Of a DNA stretch of 64,000 nucleotides, positions 26,626-39,405 are shown piece after piece. A program made the position numbers and the translations under genes. This DNA is from Eledone cirrhosa. Its lineage: Eukaryota. The first letter of the stretch is position 1; each line of letters opens with the position of its first letter. The stretch lies in assembly GCA_964016885.1 (NCBI GenBank), contig OZ024750.1:42160001-42224000 (forward strand). The letters are read 5' to 3'. The notes beneath the pieces were generated by a model. It ran no database searches. It was not told the origin of the DNA and worked only from the letters and a program-made list of their open reading frames with translations.

Positions 26626-28010
26626 CTGATGAGGTAGCCTGTATAGTAACTACACCACCCTGATGAGGTAACCTGTATAGTAACTACACCACCCTGATGA
26701 GGTAGCCTGTATAGTAACTACACCACCCTGATGAGGTAGCCTGTATAGTAACTACACCACCCTGATGAGGTAGCCTGTATAGTAACTACACCACCCTGAT
26801 GAGGTAGCCTGTATAGTAACTACACCACCCTGATGAGGTAACCTGTATAGTAACTACACCACCCTGATGAGGTAGCCTGTATAGTAACTACACCACCCTG
26901 ATGAGGTAGCCTGTATAGTAACTACACCACCCTGATGAGGTAGCCTGTATAGTAACTACACCACCCTGATGAGGTAGCCTGTATAGTAACTACACCACCC
27001 TGATGAGGTAGCCTGTATAGTAACTACACCACCCTGATGAGGTAGCCTGTATAGTAACTACACCACCCTGATGAGGTAGCCTGTATAGTAACTACACCAC
27101 CCTGATGAGGTAGCCTGTATAGTAACTACACCACCCTGATGAGGTAGCCTGTATAGTAACTACACCACCCTGATGAGGTAGCCTGTATAGTAACTACACC
27201 ACCCTGATGAGGTAACCTGTATAGTAACTACACCACCCTGATGAGGTAACCTGTATAGTAACTACACCACCCTGATGAGGTAACCTGTATAGTAACTACA
27301 CCACCCTGATGAGGTAGCCTGTATAGTAACTACACCACCCTGATGAGGTAGCCTGTATAGTAACTACACCACCCTGATGAGGTAACCTGTATAGTAACTA
27401 CACCACCCTGATGAGGTAACCTGTATAGTAACTACACCACCCTGATGAGGTAACCTGTATAGTAACTACACCACCCTGATGAGGTAACCTGTATAGTAAC
27501 TACACCACCCTGATGAGGTAGCCTGTATAGTAACTACACCACCCTGATGAGGTAGCCTGTATAGTAACTACACCACCCTGATGAGGTAACCTGTATAGTA
27601 ACTACACCACCCTGATGAGGTAGCCTGTATAGTAACTACACCACCCTGATAGGGTAACCTGTATAGTAACTGCACCACCCTGATAGGATAACCCATGTAG
27701 GGGCTGGCTATACCACCCTGTTAAGGCAACCCATATAGTAACTGTGCCACCCTGATAGGATAACCCATGTAGGAGCTACACCACCCTGTAAAGGTAACCC
27801 ATGTAGGAGCTACACCACCCTGTTAAGGCAACCCATGTAGGGCTGGCTATACCACCCTGTAAAGGTAACCCATGTAGGAGCTACACCACCCTGTAAAGGT
27901 AACCCATGTAGGAGCTACACCACCCTGTAAAGGTAACCCATGTAGGAGCTACACCACCCTGTAAAGGTAACCCATGTAGGGGCTACTCCACCCAGATTAG
28001 GTGACCTGTA
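26626..28010. repeat. satellite B: 30 near-identical 34-bp units CTGATGAGGTARCCTGTATAGTAACTACACCACC plus ~10 diverged units
   Basis: TGAGGTAR at 26630+34n for n=0-29; 20 G and 10 A variants by my count. Confidence 0.97.
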
Positions 28011-28219
28011 CATGAATCAATAATCATTAATAAGTCAACTTATCAAAGGTTTCAAACAAGTTTGTTGCTTCACTTTAACCATTTTGTTGCTATATTTTAA
28101 AGGAAATACTCAATCAATATCTTTAAACTAATTTTGAAAATAATCAAACATTTTGAGGAATTTAATAAAATAACTTCTTCATTATGGAGCTGATGTTTGC
28201 GATTCTACTTAACAGAACG

Positions 28220-28356
28220 TTATTACATAAGGTTATTACATAAGGTTATTACATAAGGTTATTACATAAGGTTATTACATAAGGTTATTACATAAGGTTA
28301 TTACATAAGGTTATTACATAAGGTTATTACATAAGGTTACAGAAGGTTATTACATA
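28220..28356. repeat. 13-bp minisatellite GGTTATTACATAA
   Basis: About 9-10 units; appears to lie inside a diverged M2-like element starting near 28076. Confidence 0.9.
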
Positions 28357-28440
28357 AAATAACGGAAGTTTTAATTGAAATATGGACAGCTTAAAACTAG
28401 TCATTTGAAATCTTAAATCAGACTTACTGTTATCCAAGAT

Positions 28441-28656
28441 TTAACCCTTTAGCATTTAAACCGGTCATATCCGGCCAGAATTATCTCACCTCTTTCTGTT
28501 CAAACTGGCCGTAATTGGCTGCTCATACTGATTTTAAGGTATTGTTCTCAAAATAAATAATATCAAAATCTTATGGATTCGATATTATAGGAGATAAAGC
28601 CTTTAACATGAAAATACATTAGTAAATATAGAATAATGCAAATACTAAAGGGTTAA
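28441..28656 (-). mobile_element. M1 MITE, single-unit copy
   Basis: TTAACCCTTTAGCATTTAAACCGG ... ACTAAAGGGTTAA. Confidence 0.85.
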
Positions 28657-28892
28657 AGAATATTTTTCAAAACTGGGGTGTTTGGGTAGAGAGAATACCT
28701 TAATGTTTGGCAGTGGCACCCTTATAGTTGGACAGGTACATCGGTTCTCACCTGACTTTCAAGTTTGACTCTGGGGGCTTTCATTTTTCTACCTCACCCT
28801 GGTAACTGCTTCTGCTGACAAGCTAAACTGTGCGAGAGACTAGGTGCTTAGGGAGGAGATGGGCTCCAGCAAGCATTTCCAAGGCCCACTAT

Positions 28893-29380
28893 AATTCCAT
28901 AGATTCAATCAATGGAACTGCCTGCTTGTGAAATCAATAAGTGGCTGAGCATTCCACAGGCATGTGAACTCTTAACAAAGTTCTCAGGGAAATTCAGCAT
29001 GACACAATGTGTGACAAATCCAGTCTTTTGAATTACAAGAACAACTCAGGAAGGAAGCTGCAGTAGAGGTAGACCAAGGAAGACTTAGGAGGAGGTAGTG
29101 AGAGCTGATCTCAAATTGCTGATATCCAGAGAAGAGATGACGAAGGAACATGACAAGTGGAGAGATGCTGTACTGAAAAGGACCTGTCCAACCCATGCAA
29201 GCATGGAAAACGGATGTAAAAGCGGCGATGATGATGAACTCAATTTGACCAGCTAAGTGGACTGGAGCAATGTGAAATAAAAAGTCTTGTTCAAGAACAT
29301 ATTCTGCTCGGTCCTGGAATTGAACTCAGGACCTTACAATCGTGAGCCAAACCTCCTTACCACTAAGCCATACACCTTCA
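28893..29380 (-). mobile_element. diverged tRNA-SINE interrupted by an RTE fragment
   Basis: Family-B-type head at 29245-29380 on the minus strand; body continues at 28893-29048. Confidence 0.6.
29049..29236 (+). mobile_element. 5'-truncated RTE LINE with AACTCA TSD
   Basis: Encodes RGRPRKT*EEVVRADLKLL..EEMTKEHDKWRDAV; CCATGCAAGCATGG stem-loop and (GAT)n tail; AACTCA at 29043 and 29237. Confidence 0.8.
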
Positions 29381-30178
29381 TTAGTCACAGAATGTGGTGT
29401 GGTATGGTATGGTGCCGTAACTCCTGAAGAGTTGTAGGGGTGACATATTGACAGACAGCGTTTCTAGGGATTTTTTACAGCTGGCAGAGCCCATCCTACT
29501 CCAAGTCTGAATACAGCAGATTTCTTTAAAAGAAGAATAGAGAGAGTGAGAGAGAGGAAATGAGAAAGAGATATAGAGGAAGAATCGACCCCAGTACTAG
29601 ACTGGTACTTTTTTATCAACCTCAGTACTAGACTGGTACTTTTATATCGACCTCGAAAGGATAAAGGGCAAAGTTGACCATGACAGGATTTGAACTCAGA
29701 GAGCCAAAATGAATACGATAAAGCATTCTCTCCAACGTTCTACCGACTCTGCCAATTTGCTGCCATAGTCACAGAATATAAGTATATAAGAATTGTTTTG
29801 ACCATCTCAGTCTGACCATCTGTGGCTTGGAAAATGGTGCTTATTGATTGATTGATTTTAAGATTGGAGAATTGTTTTGGAATAATTGTCTTTGTTGACT
29901 GATTTGGACTTTAGGAGACATGTTATGGATTATTTTGTCTATGGAAATATTACCATTGCCCATGATCTGGGAATTAGATAACTATTTATCTCCAACAATC
30001 AGACCCACATTTTTCCAATTGAAATTATTTAATTTAATAAAAACTAAATTTTAATCTTAACATTGAGTTCTCATAATTGTTGAATTTTTTTTAAAATTTA
30101 ATATTTCAATTTTTGTGAATTTTCTGCGTCATCCATATTTATTTGGTCCTAATAAATTTTGAAGTTTCTCACCCCAAA

Positions 30179-30360
30179 TACCGTATATACTCAAATATAT
30201 GCCGACCCTCTGTTTTATGCCAGAAATAGGTAAAAACCCCATTTATAAGCCAAGACAGCTAAACAACACATTGTTCAGATGATGTATATACCCTCCTCCA
30301 CCCCTTACTATTGATTTTTTTTCTGGTCACGTATTATTTGGCTTATATTCAAGTATATAT
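30179..30360. mobile_element. pogo/Tigger-like MITE, second copy
   Basis: TACCGTATATACTCAAATATATGCCG ... GGCTTATATTCAAGTATATA. Confidence 0.65.
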
Positions 30361-30639
30361 TTCTTCTTCGCCCACTTATTCCTGAGAGGGTCATGGGGCA
30401 GAAATACTCCCTCCAGCTGGTCCTGTCAGAAGCAACCATCTCCAACTGATCCAGCTGGGACCCCAAGTGTCACCAACCAAGCTCCTGGATGTTATCCAAC
30501 CATCTTGCTCGGGGTCTACCCCTGAGTCTCCAATCTAACCACATTCCCTATGGTGTATAAATTATAAAAAACAAAACAAAACATCTGGGTAAAAGTAAGG
30601 ATTTCTCGTGTTTGATATAAATCAGTTCTTTTCTTGTAT

Positions 30640-30858
30640 TTTTTTTTTATTACTTGTTTTAATTATGAGACTGTGGCCATGCTGGGGCACCACCTAGAAT
30701 TAGCTGATCATATCATCCACCAGCTCCTGCTTTTTCAAATCTGATATTTATTTTATCAATAGTTTGTTGAACTGCTAAGTTATAGGACATAAAAACGGAT
30801 GAACACCAACACCCACTCACACATACACCTACACACACCTACACACACCTACACACAC

Positions 30859-30906
<48 letters not shown>

Positions 30907-31152
30907 ACTCACACACTCACACACCTACCAACACACACACAAACAAAATTGACTTCTGCAGTTTCCATCTGCCAAATTCCATTCACAAGGCATTGGTCAA
31001 CCGAAGGTTACAGTAGAAGATACTTGCCCAAGGTGTCACACTGCAAGACTTGGACACTAAACCAACTGGTTGTGAAGTGAACTCTTTAACCTTGCCCAAG
31101 GTGTCACACTGCAAGACTTGGACACTAAACCAACTGGTTGTGAAGTGAACTC
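30640..31152 (-). mobile_element. diverged SINE family D with an internal (CA)n
   Basis: Minus strand CACCTTGGGCAAGTATCTTCTACTGT ... GGAATTTGGCAGATGGAAACTG then (GT)n; related copies at 48720-48765 (-) and 63480-63630 (+). Confidence 0.6.
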
Positions 31153-31721
31153 TTTAACCCAGCAGCCATGACAGTAGCCCCTAAAAATTATTGTTTTGCA
31201 AAACTTGCAGCACTTAAATTTTAATGACTTTAAGGGAAAGAAAAATTATTTTAGAGAGAATTTATTCACATTATAAAAAAAAAAAAATGATTTAAAAAAA
31301 AAAAATCAAATTTTATTAAGTCACCTTATTTCGGAGAAACCGAGCCTTTTTTTTTTTATGGAATCCACTTGGGGAAATATCAGTATATATGCATTAGCAC
31401 TTACTGGTTATAATTTGGAAAAAACTAAACCAAATGTGTGTGTGTGTGTGTCTTTTGGCAAATGGCAACTATCTTTTGTTGGAATCTTTTTAGATGGTAA
31501 GGAGAATGGTTTTGCTAATGACTGAATATTGAAATATGTGTCGGGAACCTTTACAGGGACTGTATATGCATACAAAAACTCTCCGTAATTATTCAAACAA
31601 GTTTACACACACACACGAGTGAACTGACACAAAAATGAGTTTTATTAATTATTGGGAAAATTGAGAAAATTAATTTTGATATGTAATATAGTGTGTGTTT
31701 GTGTGTATATACATAGTCAAA

Positions 31722-31996
31722 CTTTCCCTCTCTCCCCCTCTCTCTCTCCCCTCTCTCCCCCTCTCTCTCTCCCCCTTTCTCTCTCCCCTTCTCCCCCTCC
31801 CCCCTCTCCCCCCTCTCTCTCTCCCCTTCGCTCCCCCTCTCTCTCCCCTTCGCTCCCCCTCTCTCTCCCCTTCTCTCCCCCTCTCTCCCCTCTCTCTCCC
31901 TCCTCTCTCTCTTCTCTCCTCCTCTCTCTCTTCTCTCCCTCCTCTCTCTCTTCTCTCCCTCCTCTCTCTCTTCTCTCCCTCCTCTCTCTTCTCTCG

Positions 31997-32057
<61 letters not shown>

Positions 32058-32287
32058 CCCCCTCCTCTCTCTCTTCTCTCTCTCTCTCTCCTCCCCCCTC
32101 CTCTCTCTCTTCTCTCTCCTCTCCTCTCCCCCTCCTCTCTCTCTTCTCTCTCCTCTCCTCTCCCCCTCCTCTCTCTCTTCTCTCTCCTCTCTCTCTTCTC
32201 TCTCTCCCCCTCTTCTCTCTCTCCTCTCCTCTCTCTCTCTCCCCCTCCTCTTCTCTCTCTCTCTCCTCTCCTCTCCTCTCTCTCTCA
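31722..32287. repeat. polypyrimidine (CT/CCT) tract
   Basis: Read directly from the sequence. Confidence 0.95.
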
Positions 32288-32485
32288 TCAGAGTTGAGTG
32301 TGTGTGTGTATATATATTTTTTAGTTAATTCTATTGACTGATTAATAGCTCATGTTTAAAAACTATTCTGTTGAGAGTTTAATTCGTTTTGTGATATTTT
32401 GCAATTTTGCAATAACCATACATACTGAATTCATCTGCCAAGACTAGGGGTTGTCTCCCTTCTTACCCCCCACGTGGGTTTAGAT

Positions 32486-32768
32486 CAGGGGTTCTGGACC
32501 ACCAAAATAAGTAATTTTTTCCTGTGGACCACCTAAACTTTAAAATCTTTTGTAATAGAACTGCTAGCATCAGTAGATGTTTTTTTTTTCAATGAATTAG
32601 AAAATGCTATTATTATGGCGCAGTGCCTAAAAATCTACGCAAATAAACAGCTGAAGTCGTACTTATGCGAAGAACAAGAACAGCGCTTTAAGTCAAATGC
32701 ATGGATCAAAAAGGAATTTGCTATTGAAAATTTTCTGTGGTCCACATGGACCAGGTTGAGAACCCTTG
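32486..32768. mobile_element. hAT (Charlie-like) MITE with an 8-bp TSD
   Basis: GTTTAGAT|CAGGGGTTCT ... AGAACCCTTG|GTTTAGAT. Confidence 0.85.
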
Positions 32769-33307
32769 GTTTAGATAAGTCAGTCCTTAGCTTTGCATAG
32801 AACTAAATGCCTGTTGAAAAAGTGACTTCCTTGTTCGATCTTCATACCAAATATATATATAGGGTGTTCCACAGTTAAATAAAGCCCTCAATACATAAGT
32901 AGAGAAATTATGACTTATTTCATATAGAAATGACTCCTACAAGACTATGACTGTTTCATTTGTTTAAAATAATCAGGCAAATCAAAGCTTTCCTGATGAT
33001 ATCATCAAAGAAATGAAACTGTTCTAGTCTTGTAGAAGTCATTTCTATATGAAATAACACACACACACACACTCTCTCCCCCCTCCTCATCTCAATACTT
33101 GTGTGTGTGTGTGTTTTGAATTTAAAAACAAATGTCTTGTCAGCTGACACCTCCCACTTCCACTAGTTTCCAAACTCTTACTGCAACTACCTCTCGACGT
33201 TCTCACCCTCCTACTATGACTCCCTCTTTCTGTTGTTAGCCTCCCACTTCCACACTATTCCACCCCTTGAAATTGCTGGCTCTGTGCCGGAATCAGAAAC
33301 CATTATT

Positions 33308-36300
33308 TTAACCCTTTAATGTTCAAACCGGCCGAAACCGGCCAGAATTCTCTCACCTCTTTCTGTTCAAACCGGCCATAACTGGCCCCTCATACTAACT
33401 TTAACCCTTTAGTGTTCAAACCGGCCAAAATTCTCTCACCTCTTTCTGTTGAAACTGGCTGTAAACGGCCCCTCATACTAACTTTAACCCTTTAATATTC
33501 AAACCGGCCAAAATTCTCTACCTCTTTCTGTTGAAACTGGCTGTAACTGGTCGCTCAAACTGATGTTAAGGTATTGTTCTCAAAATACATAATATCAAAT
33601 CTATGAGATTTTGAAAGTATTTGAGATAATTATGTGAGGTAAAGCCTTTACCATGAAAATATAATAGTATATATAGAGTAATGTGAATGTTATGTGAGAT
33701 ATTATGTAAGATAAAGCCTTTACCATGAAAATATAATAGTATATATAGAGTAATGTGAATGTTATGTGAGATATTATGTAAGATAAAGCCTTTACCATGA
33801 AAATATAATAGTATATATAGAGTAATGTAAATGTTATGTGAGATATTATGTAAGATAAAGCCTTTACCATGAAAATATAATAGTATATATAGAGTAATGT
33901 GAATGTTATGTGAGATATTATGTAAGATAAAACCTTTACCATGAAAATATAATAGTATATATAGAGTAATGTGAATGTTATGTGAGATATTATGTAAGAT
34001 AAAGCCTTTACCATGAAAATATAATAGTATATATAGAGTAATGTGAATGTTGTGAGATATTATGTAAGATAAAGCCTTTACCATGAAAATATAATAGTAT
34101 ATATAGAGTAATGTGAATGTTATGTGAGATATTATCTAAGATAAAGCCTTTACCATGAAAATATAATAGTATATATAGAGTAATGTGAATGTTATGTGAG
34201 ATATTATGTAAGATAAAGCCTTTACCATGAAAATATAATAGTATATATAGAGTAATGTGAATGTTATGCGAGATATTATGTAAGATAAAGCCTTTACCAT
34301 GAAAATATAATAGTATATATAGAGTAATGTGAATGTTATGTGAGATATGTAAGATAAAGCCTTTACCATGAAAATATAATAGTATATATAGAGTAATGTG
34401 AATGTTATGTGAGATATTATGTAAGATAAAGCCTTTACCATGAAAATATAATAGTATATATAGAGTAATGTGAATGTTATGTGAGATATTATGTAAGATA
34501 AAGCCTTTACCATGAAAATATAATAGTATATATAGAGTAATGTGAATGTTATGTGAGATATTATGTAAGATAAAGCCTTTACCATGAAAATATAATAGTA
34601 TATATAGAGTAATGTGAATGTTATGTGAGATATTATGTAAGATAAAGCCTTTACCATGAACATATAATAGTATATATAGAGTAATGTGAATGTTATGTGA
34701 GATATTATGTAAGATAAAACCTTTACCATGAAAATATAATAGTATATATAGAGTAATGTGAATGTTATGTGAGATATTATGTAAGATAAAGCCTTTACCA
34801 TGAAAATATAATAGTATATATAGAGTAATGTGAATGTTGTGAGATATTATGTAAGATAAAGCCTTTACCATGAAAATATAATAGTATATATAGAGTAATG
34901 TGAATGTTATGTGAGATATTATCTAAGATAAAGCCTTTACCATGAAAATATAATAGTATATATAGAGTAATGTGAATGTTATGTGAGATATTATGTAAGA
35001 TAAAGCCTTTACCATGAAAATATAATAGTATATATAGAGTAATGTGAATGTTATGTGAGATACTATGTAAGATAAAGCCTTTACCATGAAAATATAATAG
35101 TATATATAGAGTAATGTGAATGTTATGTAGATATTATGTAAGATAAAGCCTTTACCATGAAAATATAATAGTATAATATAGAGTAATGTGAATGTTATGT
35201 GAGATATTATCTAAGATAAAGCCTTTACCATGAAAATATAATAGTATATATAGAGTAATGTGAGATATTATGTAAGATAAAACCTTTACCATGAAAATAT
35301 AATAGTATATATAGAGTAATGTGAATGTTATGTGAGATATTATGTAAGATAAAGCCTTTACCATGAAAATATAATAGTATATATAGAGTAATGTGAATGT
35401 TGTGAGATATTATGTAAGATAAAGCCTTTACCATGAAAATATAATAGTATATATAGAGTAATGTGAATGTTATGTGAGATATTATCTAAGATAAAGCCTT
35501 TACCATGAAAATATAATAGTATATATAGAGTAATGTGAATATTATGTGAGATATTATGTAAGATAAAGCCTTTACCATGAAAATATAATAGTATATATAG
35601 AGTAATGTGAATGTTATGTGAGATATTATGTAAGATAAAGCCTTTACCATGAAAATATAATAGTATATATAGAGTAATGTGAATGTTATGTGAGATATTA
35701 TGTAAGATAAAGCCTTTACCATGAAAATATAATAGTATATATAGAGTAATGTGAATGTTATGCGAGATATTATGTAAGATAAAGCCTTTACCATGAAAAT
35801 ATAATAGTATATATAGAGTAATGTGAATGTTATGTGAGATATGTAAGATAAAGCCTTTACCATGAAAATATAATAGTATATATAGAGTAATGTGAATGTT
35901 ATGTGAGATATTATGTAAGATAAAGCCTTTACCATGAAAATATAATAGTATATATAGAGTAATGTGAATGTTATGTGAGATATTATGTAAGATAAAGCCT
36001 TTACCATGAAAATATAATAGTATATATAGAGTAATGTGAATGTTATGTGAGATATTATGTAAGATAAAGCCTTTACCATGAAAATATAATAGTATATATA
36101 GAGTAATGTGAATGTTATGTGAGATATTATGTAAGATAAAGCCTTTACCATGAAAATATAATAGTATATATAGAGTAATGTGAATGTTATGTGAGATATT
36201 ATGTAAGATAAAACCTTTACCATGAAAATATAATAGTATATATAGAGTAATGTGAATGTTATGTGAGATATTATGTAAGATAAAGCCTTTACCATGAAAA

Positions 36301-37111
36301 TATAATAGTATATATAGAGTAATGTGAATGTTGTGAGATATTATGTAAGATAAAGCCTTTACCATGAAAATATAATAGTATATATAGAGTAATGTGAATG
36401 TTATGTGAGATATTATCTAAGATAAAGCCTTTACCATGAAAATATAATAGTATATATAGAGTAATGTGAATGTTATGTGAGATATTATGTAAGATAAAGC
36501 CTTTACCATGAAAATATAATAGTATATATAGAGTAATGTGAATGTTATGTGAGATATTATGTAAGATAAAGCCTTTACCATGAAAATATAATAGTATATA
36601 TAGAGTAATGTGAATGTTATGTGAGATATTATCTAAGATAAAGCCTTTACCATGAAAATATAATAGTATATATAGAGTAATGTGAATGTTATGTGAGATA
36701 TTATCTAAGATAAAGCCTTTACCATGAAAATATAATAGTATATATAGAGTAATGTGAATGTTATGTGAGATATTATGTAAGATAAAGCCTTTACCATGAA
36801 AATATAATAGTATATATAGAGTAATGTGAATGTTATGTGAGATATTATGTAAGATAAAGCCTTTACCATGAAAATATAATAGTATATATAGAGTAATGTG
36901 AATGTTATGTGAGATATTATCTAAGATAAAGCCTTTACCATGAAAATATAATAGTATATATAGAGTAATGTGAATTCTAAAGAGTTAAGGAATTGTTCTC
37001 AAAATAAATACTTTCAAAATATCATAGATTTGATATTATGTGAGATAATTATGTGAGGTAAAGCTTTTTCTCTGAAAAAAACAATAGTAAATGTGAATGC
37101 TAAAGGGTTAA
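33308..37111 (-). mobile_element. nested M1 MITEs; the inner copy (33484-36988) holds ~46 units of 72 bp
   Basis: TTAACCCTTTA termini at 33308, 33401 and 33484; right termini at 36988 and 37111. Confidence 0.9.
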
Positions 37112-37611
37112 GTTGGTAGAATTGTTAAACTCTGACAAAATGTTTTTGAGCATTTAGTTACGACCCTGTACATTCTGAGTTCAGATTCTGTAAAGATCAA
37201 CTTTATCAGTATTTTATTTTAATGGTAAAGTATTGAGGTGCATTTGAACTCAGAACATAAAGGGCAGTAACTCTGTCTTAAAGCATGTTGTACGACGCTC
37301 TACCGATTTTGCCATTCCACTGTCCTATATGGATTGGCAGTATTGGCGGGTTAGGTTTAAATAATAAAAACACAAAACAACTTTATTTCATTTATGAACA
37401 ACTAATGATGAACAGGTACCTGTACGAGGGCCATAGTAATTAGCAATTAAGAAGTATAAAATGCAGATCGTTAAAAATCCAAAACGGTGGAATGAAATCT
37501 AATTAGTGTTTTACCAAAAAAAGGTAGTCCTACTTCAGATTATTTTTAATTGTAATTAAAAAGAAAAGAAATGTATAAATATGATAGGCTTTACCTGACT
37601 AATGCCGCGTG

Positions 37612-39405
37612 AGTTAAATTTGGTAGACGGGAACTGTGTCGTGTGTGTCTGTGAGTTAAATTTGGTAGACAGGAACTGTGTGGTGTGTCTGCGTGTCTGT
37701 TAAATTTGGTAGACGGGAACTGTCTGTGTGTGTCTGTCTGTTAAATTTGGTAGATAGGAACTGTCGTGTGTGTCTGTGTGAGTTAAATTTGGTAGACAGG
37801 AACTGTCGTGTGTGCCTGTGTGAGTTAAATTTGGTAGATAGGAAGTGTCGTGTGTGTCTGTGTCTGTTAAATTTGGTAGATAGGAACTGTCGTGTGTGTC
37901 TGTGTGAGTTAAATTTGGTAGACAGGAACTGTGTGGTGTGTCTCTGCGTGTCTGTTAAATTTGGTAGACGGGAACTGTGTCTGTGTCTGTCTGTCTGTTA
38001 AATTTGGTAGATAGGAACTGTCGTGTGTGTCTGTGTGAGTTAAATTTGGTAGACAGGAACTGTCGTGTGTGTCTGTGTGAGTTAAATTTGGTAGACAGGA
38101 ACTGTCGTGTGTGTCTGTGAGTTAAATTTGGTAGATAGGAACTGTGTGGTGTGTCTCTGCGTGTCTGTTAAATTTGGTAGACGGGAACTGTGTCTGTGTG
38201 TGTCTGTGTGAGTTAAATTTGGTAGACAGGAACTGTCGTGTGTGTCTGTGTGAGTTAAATTTGGTAGACAGGAACTGTCGTGTGTGTCTGTGTGAGTTAA
38301 ATTTGGTAGACAGGAACTGTGTGGTGTGTCTGTGCGTGTCTGTTAAATTTGGTAGACGGGAACTGTGTCTGTGTGTGTTTGTCTGTTAAATTTGGTAGAT
38401 AGGAACTGTCGTGTGTATCTGTGTGAGTTAAATTTGGTAGACAGGAACTGTCGTGTGTGTCTGTGTGAGTTAAATTTGGTAGACAGGAACTGTCGTGTGT
38501 GTCTGTGTGAGTTAAATTTGGTAGACAGGAACTGTGTGGTGTGTCTCTGCGTGTCTGTTAAATTTGGTAGACGGGAACTGTGTCTGTGTGTGTCTGTCTG
38601 TTAAATTTGGTAGATAGGAACTGTCGTGTGTGTCTGTGTGAGTTAAATTTGATAGACAGGAACTGTCGTGTGTGTCTGTGTGAGTTAAATTTGGTAGACA
38701 GGAACTGTCGTGTGTGTCTGTGTGAGTTAAATTTGGTAGACAGGAACTGTGTGGTGTGTCTCTGCGTGTCTGTTAAATTTGGTAGACGGGAACTGTGTCT
38801 GTGTGAGTTAAATTTGGTAGATAGGAACTGTCGTGTGTGTCTGTGTGAGTTAAATTTGGTAGACAGGAACTGTGTGGTGTGTCTGTGCGTCTGTTAAATT
38901 TGGTAGATAGGAACTGTGTCTGTGTCTGTTAAATTTGGTAGATAGGAACTGTCGTGTGTGTCTGTGTGAGTTAAATTTGGTAGACAGGAACTGTCGTGTG
39001 TGTCTGTGTGAGTTAAATTTGGTAGACAGGAACTGTGTGGTGTGTCTGTGCGTCTGTTAAATTTGGTAGACAGGAACTGTGTGGTGTGTCTGTGCGTCTG
39101 TTAAATTTGGTAGATAGGAACTGTGTCTGTTAAATTTGGTAGATAGGAACTGTCGTCTGTGTCTGTTAAATTTGGTAGATAGGAACTGTCGTGTGTGTCT
39201 GTGTGAGTTAAATTTGGTAGACAGGGACTGTGTGGTGTGTCTGTGCGTCTGTTAAATTTGGTAGATAGGAACTGTGTCGTGTGTGTCTGTGAGTTAAATT
39301 TGGTAGACAGGAACTGTGTGGTGTGTCTGTGTGTTAAATTTGGTAGACAGAAACTGTGTTGTGTGTCTGTGTTAAATTTGTGTATGTGTTAAATTTAGTA
39401 GACAA
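37612..39405. repeat. satellite C: conserved GTTAAATTTGGTAGAYRGGAACTGT core with variable GT-rich linkers (~40-bp period)
   Basis: More than 40 units; the core resembles the SINE D 3' motif. Confidence 0.95.

Noticed and set aside
26626-27645. Hammerhead core or C/D-box snoRNA (CTGATGA in each unit), or a true let-7 gene
   Set aside because: There is no GAAA or stem architecture; 34 nt is too short for a C/D snoRNA; there is no pre-miRNA hairpin with a star arm, and let-7 nt 9-13 are absent
37612-39405. CRISPR array
   Set aside because: The linkers are recurrent low-complexity GT runs rather than unique spacers; there are no cas genes; the context is eukaryotic and SINE-derived
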